From Octopus bimaculoides (taxonomy: Eukaryota), in assembly GCF_001194135.2 (NCBI RefSeq), contig NC_068987.1:78567883-78631882 (forward strand): 64,000 nt of DNA, read 5' to 3'. The position numbers and the translations under genes are program-made. The notes beneath the pieces are model-generated. The model was not told the origin of the DNA, did not search any database, and saw nothing but the letters and a program-made list of their open reading frames with translations. The stretch's first letter is position 1. Each line of letters begins with the position of its first letter. This document shows positions 53,638 through 64,000 of the stretch, piece after piece.

Positions 53638-54196
53638 CCACATATATATATATATGTATAGACACACCAATACACCTATGTATATATATATACACGCATA
53701 AACACACACATATATACATACACGACGCACAGACATACATGAATATCCACACGCGCAATCAGCCACGAACATACAGAGATACATTCTTCTTTATTGTTTG
53801 GAGCCACTATATTGTACGCTGGGCAGCAACACCAGAACCAGTCACGAAAAGTATTATTGCTAACTCTTTCTTTGTGACCTGTGCTGCAGGGTAAACTTAA
53901 AGCAAACGATCCCTCCGAATAAGATCACGCTTTCTCCGTTGACATTTTGACATATGCTCGGATTTAGAATATGCGCCAACGGATGAGACAATAAAATCCT
54001 GATCTGCACCTTAATGATTACCATCAACCTGGGGCCTCGGTCAAATCTGACTAATGGACAAGGCTTTTCATCTAGGACATCTCCGATGTCTTGTTATTTT
54101 GCTCGGTTTTATTTGCCTCTTTATTTCTATGTCATCTTTCTCTTCTTTCTTTCGTTCACTACTAAAATGGATGAATGAATGAATGAATGGACAGAT

Positions 54197-54385
54197 GAAT
54201 GAATGTCTCACACATTTCATTAAAATTCCTTACAACATTTTTTTTATACGGTTCAAGGTGTTTTGCATTCCGAAAAACAATAATTACCAAATGGTGGATC
54301 GAATTGTAGATAATAATGTGAATAAATATACAGATTGATAGAAAAGATAGATAGATAGAGATAGATAGAGAGAGAGAGAGAGGGG

Positions 54386-54422
<37 letters not shown>

Positions 54423-54588
54423 GGGGGTGATAAAGTGAAATATTTAGGTGGATAGAAATGTAGTCATAGTATGGTTTAAGGTTTTTTGAGGTCTTATTTT
54501 GCGCTATGTACTTCAGCAAGATACACAGGAAATAGTTTAATTTGTGTATCCGATATGTATGCGTATGTTTGAATTAAAGTATGTATGT

Positions 54589-54676
<88 letters not shown>

Positions 54677-55349
54677 ATACACACAGAGACCCACACACAC
54701 ACATACACATACTAGAGACAGAGGCAGTATTATTACCGAGACTTTATATGTATCCACGCTTAAACGTGGATGTTCTGTTAGAGCAAGCTACACAGCGGTA
54801 ATTACCACGAGAGAAACTTCCATGTTTGCCAACGTGAGAGTTTCTCTCGTTGTATCTTTGTATCTACCACAGTACAATTCGTTCTAACAGAACATCCATA
54901 TTTAAGTAGGGATATCAAATATCACATGGACTGCCTTGAAGAAATTTAGTCGCAGGAATCGACACCAGAGCTCATCTGGTTTTAAACCAGGTGCTTATTC
55001 TGTTTTATACAAACATATCGGCATACTACACCCCCCCCCACACACAAACACGCGTGCTGTTTGGAGTCACTATATTGTATGGTGGGCGGCAGTATCTGAA
55101 CTAATCCCGAAATATATTGTTGCTAAAATTTTATTTCCTAAATTCTTGATTTATTAAAATCCTAACTGAGAATATGACCAAAATTGCTATATGGTAACTG
55201 AGACCAATTCTATTTCAGAAAATATCAAAATATCAACAATCAAGGAATCTCTTCAGCTGACATGGCATTTTTATTCTCTGGACGACTGCTGTGGACCCTC
55301 CCTTTCGCCTGAATGTGCGTCACCAGGAAGACCTTTTGTCTACCTTATC

Positions 55350-55409
<60 letters not shown>

Positions 55410-55556
55410 GTCTATCTATCTGTCTATTTATTCACATTATTATCTACAATTCGATCCAGCATTTGGTAATTGTTGTTTCCCGGAATGCAAAACACCTCAA
55501 CCTGTATAAAAAGAAAGTTGTAAGGAATTTTAATGAAAAATGTGAGACATTTATTC
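54197..55556. repeat. Long inverted repeat pair (about 145-bp arms plus GATA/TATC runs)
   Basis: 54197 to about 54341 is the reverse complement of about 55418-55556 (e.g. TTATTCACATTATTATCTACAATTCGATCCA), with scattered mismatches. Confidence 0.9.
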
Positions 55557-55704
55557 AAAAATACAGAGCACATCCATATTCCTGGTAACTTAAATACATT
55601 AAAAACGTCAGTTAAGTTAAACAACTCAAGGTGGCTAGTGGCATAGAGCATAATTATATAATGTTTCTATATGTTTTTGCCCCGTTGGTCCTTCAGATAT
55701 AGTA

Positions 55705-55757
55705 GGACATCGTGCTGATGATGCCTTCCGAATCAGAAACATGTGTCCACGTGTTCA
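55705..55757 (+). ncRNA. Minimal type-I hammerhead ribozyme motif (stem II degenerate)
   Basis: CGTG-CTGATGA-TGCCTTCCGAATCA-GAAAC-ATGT-GTC-CACG: full catalytic core, stem I CGTG/CACG (extendable), 1-bp stem III with palindromic ATGT loop. Confidence 0.55.
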
Positions 55758-56248
55758 TTATCTGCACACAGAATGTCTGTACTTATTTTTTAATAACATT
55801 TCAACTTTGGACAATTCTTGTTCCGGAGATAATCTCCTCCTCTAATATGGGCCATATCACAACTGGAATTCGATAATTGTGACACAACATCTCCAAGATG
55901 ATTATCTCTTCTTGGTGATGTTGCGTTACGATAAACTGGAGATTTGTTTTACATGGAATTTGATATGATTATATTAGTCGATGTTGTTCATATACATGCT
56001 ACTGGCCACACTAACTTATTTCTCGTAACTACATTTTTACGTGTGCGTGTGTATGTGTATATATGAACCTATGTGTGCACGTATTTATGTATATGCGTAT
56101 ACTTATATGTATGTACGGATATACGTAAGTATATATACTTAGGAACAAATATTAAGGTTCGAAATCCTCAAGATATAATGGAGCATGGTGTTTACTCCAT
56201 GGTAGGTGGAATAAATAGATGCATACATACATACATCTCTCTATCTAT

Positions 56249-56290
<42 letters not shown>

Positions 56291-57279
56291 GTCTATATGC
56301 TTATATGTATAAGTACATACATAAATATGTACAACATAAATATATGTATGTATTTGTATATATATATATATATNNNNNNNNNNNNNNNNNNNNNNNNNNN
56401 NNNNNNNNNNNNNNNNNNNNNNNNNNNNNNNNNNNNNNNNNNNNNNNNNNNNNNNNNNNNNNNNNNNNNNNNNNNNNNNNNNNNNNNNNNNNNNNNNNNN
56501 NNNNNNNNNNNNNNNNNNNNNNNNNNNNNNNNNNNNNNNNNNNNNNNNNNNNNNNNNNNNNNNNNNNNNNNNNNNNNNNNNNNNNNNNNNNNNNNNNNNN
56601 NNNNNNNNNNNNNNNNNNNNNNNNNNNNNNNNNNNNNNNNNNNNNNNNNNNNNNNNNNNNNNNNNNNNNNNNNNNNNNNNNNNNNNNNNNNNNNNNNNNN
56701 NNNNNNNNNNNNNNNNNNNNNNNNNNNNNNNNNNNNNNNNNNNNNNNNNNNNNNNNNNNNNNNNNNNNNNNNNNNNNNNNNNNNNNNNNNNNNNNNNNNN
56801 NNNNNNNNNNNNNNNNNNNNNNNNNNNNNNNNNNNNNNNNNNNNNNNNNNNNNNNNNNNNNNNNNNNNNNNNNNNNNNNNNNNNNNNNNNNNNNNNNNNN
56901 NNNNNNNNNNNNNNNNNNNNNNNNNNNNNNNNNNNNNNNNNNNNNNNNNNNNNNNNNNNNNNNNNNNNNNNNNNNNNNNNNNNNNNNNNNNNNNNNNNNN
57001 NNNNNNNNNNNNNNNNNNNNNNNNNNNNNNNNNNNNNNNNNNNNNNNNNNNNNNNNNNNNNNNNNNNNNNNNNNNNNNNNNNNNNNNNNNNNNNNNNNNN
57101 NNNNNNNNNNNNNNNNNNNNNNNNNNNNNNNNNNNNNNNNNNNNNNNNNNNNNNNNNNNNATGAGATCAACGTATGCTCTCCCCCGATTTTGGTGACCTT
57201 GTACAAAAATGTAAAACCCCAAAATTTATCTACGTGTATACACACACACACACACACACATACACACACACACACACAC

Positions 57280-57343
<64 letters not shown>

Positions 57344-58196
57344 GGAGTGAGAGAGACAGGCAAAGAGTGTACATGCTTGTGGTCGAAAGAGAAAGAATGT
57401 ATCTTTATCTTCGTGTGTCTTGATACTCGCTTTTGTAAGCTTGTTTGCGTGTAATTTTGTGGGTGCACATAAATACACATAAATGCATTTATGTGTGTGT
57501 CTGTGTGAGTTAGTTTGATAGGCAAGTGTGTAAAAATAGATAAGGCATTTGATGAACATGGATAGAAGCCTCCCGCGGGAATTTCTTTTTGAACTAACTG
57601 AACTGCTTGACTGACTGACTGACTAGAAATGAGTTTTCATTACGGTTTCATGTAACAAGCATGACACCAGAAATGTGTGCATAAGTAACTATAGAGCAAT
57701 GGCTGGGTAATAGATGTGAAGAGAGATGGGTTGGTGCGGTGTAGGCTCCAAAGGTTAGCCATAAAAGAAGTGTGGGGTCGGATGAGGCGTAAGTGTGCGA
57801 GAAGTAAATAGTACACGAGATACAGAAATATAAAGACTAAAAGACAAGGGAAGAAAAAGTGAAGATTAGTGAGTAAAATATTTATGAGAGAAATAAAGCT
57901 TATATGTGTGTGTATATCGGTCTATATTTTTATGTGTGTATATATATGTTCATATGGGGGGGTATGTTACAATAACGGAAGTTTCATTGCGTGCGTGACT
58001 TGTTCAGTGTTGGGTGTTAAGCCACAACATCGAAGGTTCTGCCGCTAATACTATTAGGACATAATGAAATATAACTTTCTCTGACTTTCGTCCTTTATTC
58101 AGTTACCTACTGTATGTATAAAAACAATCATTTGATAATGTATCTGTCGGTCACTTTGTCTGTTTGCCTGTCTGTCACTTTGAAAATACACGTGTA

Positions 58197-58263
<67 letters not shown>

Positions 58264-58717
58264 ATATATATATATATATANNNNNNNNNNNNNNNNNNNN
58301 NNNNNNNNNNNNNNNNNNNNNNNNNNNNNNNNNNNNNNNNNNNNNNNNNNNNNNNNNNNNNNNNNNNNNNNNNNNNNNNNNNNNNNNNNNNNNNNNNNNN
58401 NNNNNNNNNNNNNNNNNNNNNNNNNNNNNNNNNNNNNNNNNNNNNNNNNNNNNNNNNNNNNNNNNNNNNNNNNNNNNNNNNNNNNNNNNNNNNNNNNNNN
58501 NNNNNNNNNNNNNNNNNNNNNNNNNNNNNNNNNNNNNNNNNNNNNNNNNNNNNNNNNNNNNNNNNNNNNNNNNNNNNNNNNNNNNNNTATATATACATAT
58601 TCACATACACACGCACACTCGCGCGCGCATATACATACATATACAGAGATAGTATGTATATATATATACATATATATATGATATGAAATGTATGTATATA
58701 TATATTATGTATGTATG

Positions 58718-58780
<63 letters not shown>

Positions 58781-58839
58781 TTAAATTATGTATCTGTATA
58801 CGACACAAGAGATTTAGTACGAGAAAAATATAGATAGAC

Positions 58840-58853
58840 AGATAGATAGATAA

Positions 58854-58889
<36 letters not shown>

Positions 58890-59047
58890 ATAGATATATA
58901 GATAGATAGATAGTGAAAAGGAGAGTGGAGGGAAGAGAAAGAAGAGAGAGGGATAGAGGGATGAAGATTATGGCAGAGAGAAAAGAGAGAGGGGGAAAGA
59001 GAGGGAAAAAGAGACAAAACGTGGGTTAGAGAGTGGAGAGAGAAAGA

Positions 59048-59079
<32 letters not shown>

Positions 59080-59560
59080 TGTGGTACTTGGAAAAGGTGG
59101 GTAGAGGAAGAAGTACAGAAAAAGTTGCAAAATTAGGAATAAAAAAAAGATCAATACAAAATTAACAAAAAAAAATGACAAAAATAAAGAAACAAAAAAT
59201 AAAACTAGACATAGAGGAGGATGCGAAGAAAACGAAGAGAATACGGAATAGAGAGGATAGAGGTAGAAAGAGAGGGAATGCAGAGCAAGAAGAAAGAGAT
59301 ATATAGGAAAGAAAAAGAATTCAGAAGAATGAAATACAATAATGGGACTAGCGAAGAAAAAGAAAGAATTGAAATTCAAGGAAAAGGGGAGGAGAATAAA
59401 GGGGAAGGTAGTAATAGAGCGGAAGCGCAAAGCTGGAACAATAACACAAAAGTTAGCTAAGAAATATATATATATAAAAGAAAAGAAATAGAAAAAAAAT
59501 GTTAGAAAATCGAAAAGAAAAAAACAAAAAAAATTACTGACATAAAGACAACACAAATAT
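58840..59560. repeat. Purine-rich (A/G) low-complexity tract
   Basis: Strong strand asymmetry seen directly; includes (GATA)n and (GA)n. Confidence 0.85.
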
Positions 59561-60134
59561 TAGTACCGTGATAAATAAGACACGTAATATTTGCGCCGAG
59601 AAATCAACAAGCAACATTGTTGTGTGTATGTACGTGTGTGTGTGAATGTGTGTGTATATACATGCATATATATTATACGTCTGTGGTGGGGGACAGTATA
59701 AATGGGAGATGTCATCTGTGTATGAAAGTGGGTATTAAATATATGCGTATATATATATNNNNNNNNNNNNNNNNNNNNNNNNNNNNNNNNNNNNNNNNNN
59801 NNNNNNNNNNNNNNNNNNNNNNNNNNNNNNNNNNNNNNNNNNNNNNNNNNNNNNNNNNNNNNNNNNNNNNNNNNNNNNNNNNNNNNNNNNNNNNNNNNNN
59901 NNNNNNNNNNNNNNNNNNNNNNNNNNNNNNNNNNNNNNNNNNNNNNNNNNNNNNNNNNNNNNNNNNNNNNNNNNNNNNNNNNNNNNNNNNNNNNNNNNNN
60001 NNNNNNNNNNNNNNNNNNNNNNNNNNNNNNNNNNNNNNNNNNNNNNNNNNNNNNNNNNNNNNNTATATATATGTATATATATATATGTATATATATAAAC
60101 ATATATATATGTATATATAAATATATATGCGCGC

Positions 60135-60179
<45 letters not shown>

Positions 60180-60365
60180 TGTGTGTATATACATGCATAT
60201 ATATTATACGTCTGTGGTGGGGGACAGTATAAATGGGAGATGTCATCTGTGTATGAAAGTGGGTATTAAATATATGCGTATATATATATATATATATATA
60301 TAATATAAATACACGCACATAAGAACGTATCTAGAATTACATATGGATATATTAATATGTGTGCT

Positions 60366-60422
<57 letters not shown>

Positions 60423-60934
60423 GTGTGTGTGTGTGTTTATGTGTATGTGTGTTTAAAAAATTATACATACATAAATACAAATATTCAATGTCTGTTTACT
60501 TTGAATTAGATCGTTATCAATTACAACCGAAGACTTTTGAAGCATATATAATGTCGTGTAAAGAAAACTAAATCTAAGATCGAAAGTTTGAGCGGGCGCA
60601 CACACACACATAAACACACACAAACACACACAGACACACACAAACACTTACACACACACATTCACACACATGCAAACACATACCCACAAAAGCATAAACA
60701 TACGCAAACACACGTTGAAACTCATGTATACACACACAAACACATTTATATACACACACACACGAACAGGGTCATATATACTAATACGTATGTATATAGA
60801 TATCTTTATGTATATATATATATATATATATATANNNNNNNNNNNNNNNNNNNNNNNNNNNNNNNNNNNNNNNNNNNNNNNNNNNNNNNNNNNNNNNNNN
60901 NNNNNNNNNNNNNNNNNNNNNNNNNNNNNNNNNN

Positions 60935-60969
<35 letters not shown>

Positions 60970-61219
60970 TGTGTTTGTGTGCATTTAGGGAGCAACGTCA
61001 AGTCAAAAAGCCCCTTAGAATACAATATGTCATAGGCTGTCCTAACATCTCGATCACATTTATAGATTTTACATGGCATTATTAATAGAATAATGTATTT
61101 AGACATACATAGTTACTAAAATTAATAATTTCATTTCACGCTTTCTCGAATGTGTAAAAATTATTGTAACATCGACAATATACATACATACAAGCATCCA
61201 AACATACATATAAGCATTA

Positions 61220-61255
<36 letters not shown>

Positions 61256-61397
61256 CATACACATGAATTCAGATATATATATATATACTTGTCTATATTA
61301 AATATATATTTATATATGTATAAATACATACATGTACATATATATACATTCATACATACATGCATAATTACATACCTACATGCATACACAAACACAA

Positions 61398-61450
<53 letters not shown>

Positions 61451-62127
61451 NNNNNNNNNNNNNNNNNNNNNNNNNNNNNNNNNNNNNNNNNNNNNNNNNN
61501 NNNNNNNNNNNNNNNNNNNNNNNNNNNNNNNNNNNNNNNNNNNNNNNNNNNNNNNNNNNNNNNNNNNNNNNNNNNNNNNNNNNNNNNNNNNNNNNNNNNN
61601 NNNNNNNNNNNNNNNNNNNNNNNNNNNNNNNNNNNNNNNNNNNNNNNNNNNNNNNNNNNNNNNNNNNNNNNNNNNNNNNNNNNNNNNNNNNNNNNNNNNN
61701 NNNNNNNNNNNNNNNNNNNNNNNNNNNNNNNNNNNNNNNNNNNNNNNNNNNNNNNNNNNNNNNNNNNNNNNNNNNNNNNNNNNNNNNNNNNNNNNNNNNN
61801 NNNNNNNNNNNNNNNNNNNNNNNNNNNNNNNNNNNNNNNNNNNNNNNNNNNNNNNNNNNNNNNNNNNNNNNNNNNNNNNNNNNNNNNNNNNNNNNNNNNN
61901 NNNNNNNNNNNNNNNNNNNNNNNNNNNNNNNNNNNNNNNNNNNNNNNNNNNNNNNNNNNNNNNNNNNNNNNNNNNNNNNNNNNNNNNNNNNNNNNNNNNN
62001 NNNNNNNNNNNNNNNNNNNNNNNNNNNNNNNNNNNNNNNNNNNNNNNNNNNNNNNNNNNNNNNNNNNNNNNNNNNNNNNNNNNNNNNNNNNNNNNNNNNN
62101 NNNNNNNNNNNNNNNNNNNNNNNNNNN

Positions 62128-62161
<34 letters not shown>

Positions 62162-62232
62162 TGTTTGAGTGTGTGTATGCGTGTGGTTTGTAAGTATGTA
62201 TATATATATATATATATGCAGTTATATATATG

Positions 62233-62267
<35 letters not shown>

Positions 62268-62592
62268 ATATATATGTATGTATGTTTGTACACCTCTCTA
62301 GTTGTGTGTGTTTGTGTGCGTGCATGGGTTTGTATTTGCGTAAACATCGAAATATGCAAGGAGAGAGAGAGAGAGAGTAATTGAGAGAGAGAGAGAGAGA
62401 GAGAAAGAAAGAGAGAGAGAGAGAGTGTGTTTGAGAGAGAGAGAAAGAGTGAGGAGGGCAACTCAAAGACAATAAAAGAAATACGAAAGTGATAATTATA
62501 CATTCCAGAAAAAAAATCAAATACATTTGCTAATCAAATGATGGAAGGAAACAGATAAAACTTAGCTTAACCCCATGCTAACGAGTTAATAT

Positions 62593-62634
<42 letters not shown>

Positions 62635-62864
62635 ATGTGTGTTAGTGTGTGTGTGTGTATTTATATATATATATATATATATGATATATATATTTTGATA
62701 TATATAACATTTATATATACATTCTTATGCTTATATATATAAGCGCAAATTTTGTGTACATCATATATGAAATATACATTCACACATGTATATATATGTG
62801 TGCGTGTGTGTGTGTGTGTGTGTATGTGTGAATATATATATATATATATATTTGTATATATATA

Positions 62865-62928
<64 letters not shown>

Positions 62929-62984
62929 CATACTTACGTATATATATATATAACTCTAACTCTTTAATTATTTCAACATTAAAT

Positions 62985-63965
62985 CTTCGTTCACCCTGGG
63001 CCACCACCGTTGACTTTGATCCACCATTATTTGAAATCTCGTCTGATATGTGGCATTCAGTGAATGAAGGTGTTTGCTGCTGCTGTTCTGAGCGGTGTTT
63101 TCTGATGTGGGATAGATTCATCTGGAAAGCATGACAGGAGGTGATCCAGTTTTGCTTTGAAGACACCTAAATCCACACCATGCTGGCCTCTCAGGAATTT
63201 TTTCAGGATATAGAAGAGCTGTGGCCCCTTGAAACCCAAGTTATTGCAGTATCTGCTTCTCTAATTTCACGGCGAGACTCGTAATGTACAATGCCAAAGT
63301 TTGGTTAAAAATCTTTCAGGATTTTCCAGATGCATATCGCTGCATATCTTTCCCGCTTTCGTTCTATGGAGAAAAGTTTGAACTTTTTCAGTCTTCCTCA
63401 ATAGCTTATATGTTGTATTGAGACGATTTTCTTCGTGTACCTTCGTAAGATTGCTTCGTGTTCCGCCGTTAATCTTAAACTGTGTAGTAACCATTGCTGG
63501 GAGCAGTAGGCTAGGCGGTCAATGGCATATGCTCTCCAATGAGCTATCATAGTTTTCTTTCCCTCGTTTTAATACCCACCAGGAAATAAGCATCATTACT
63601 CATGTCAAGGTCCAGGTCACGCATTGATTTTAATGCAGGGATTGCAATTCCTCCTAGACCAGTGTATTTTGTCTGCATGTCGTTGAGCTTTGTGTACTGG
63701 TAGAGCAGGGCTTAGAATTTTCCTGCATTAACCTGCATGTTGTTGTCCTCAGCTTGACTGCACATTGCGTCCAACTCTCCATGGAGATGCGCAACATTTT
63801 CAGGGTTCTGAATTGTCAGAAAGGCTTTTGTGTCATCTGCACAGCCAGCTAGGGTAGCTATTCGAGCTGCAAGTGGCCAGTAGAGAGGGCCACTAGAAAT
63901 AGCAGTAACCCTAAGACAGTGCCCTATGGAACACCACCTACTCTTTGTGTTTCCTATGAGATGTC
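62985..63965 (-). mobile_element. CR1/L2-like LINE ORF2 3' kilobase (RT and C-terminus)
   Basis: [71 protein letters not shown]. Confidence 0.9.
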
Positions 63966-64000
63966 TCTATTGGTCACATATATATATATATATATATATA

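Noticed and set aside
59633-60290. About 125-bp direct duplication (59633-59758 and about 60165-60290) around an N-gap
   Set aside because: Near-identical copies flanking a gap at (TA)n are most simply a contig-overlap artefact; long reads would be needed.
56219-62526. Long listed ORFs (250-475 aa)
   Set aside because: Made of N runs and dinucleotide-repeat translations (YI, HT, CV, ER); not coding.

Overview
AT-rich eukaryotic genomic scaffold with 17 N-gaps, most flanked by (TA)n or (CA)n microsatellites. The SINE, LINE and microsatellite content looks like an Octopus (cephalopod) genome; this is inferred from repeat style, not from a database hit. No intact long CDS, rRNA, true tRNA or CRISPR array was found, and most listed ORFs are microsatellite or gap artefacts. 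The window is mainly decayed mobile elements: hAT, mariner, Tc1, Helitron, Penelope-like elements (PLEs), RTE, CR1/L2-like and R4/Dong-like LINEs, and three tRNA-derived SINE families. Most interesting observations: (i) a minimal type-I hammerhead-ribozyme motif at 55.7 kb beside a long inverted-arm structure, one of several PLE-type fold-backs; (ii) a head-to-tail SINE multimer with terminal redundancy; (iii) a decayed class-A GPCR at 14.2-15.1 kb split by a mariner MITE, plus a GPCR-TM2-like minus-strand exon at 34.0 kb; (iv) candidate spliced exons at 51.1-51.4 kb that join into a kinase-like G-x-x-x-Y-x-APE motif. All family and protein assignments are by-eye motif recognition and need HMM or BLAST confirmation. 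Boundaries of decayed elements are approximate.
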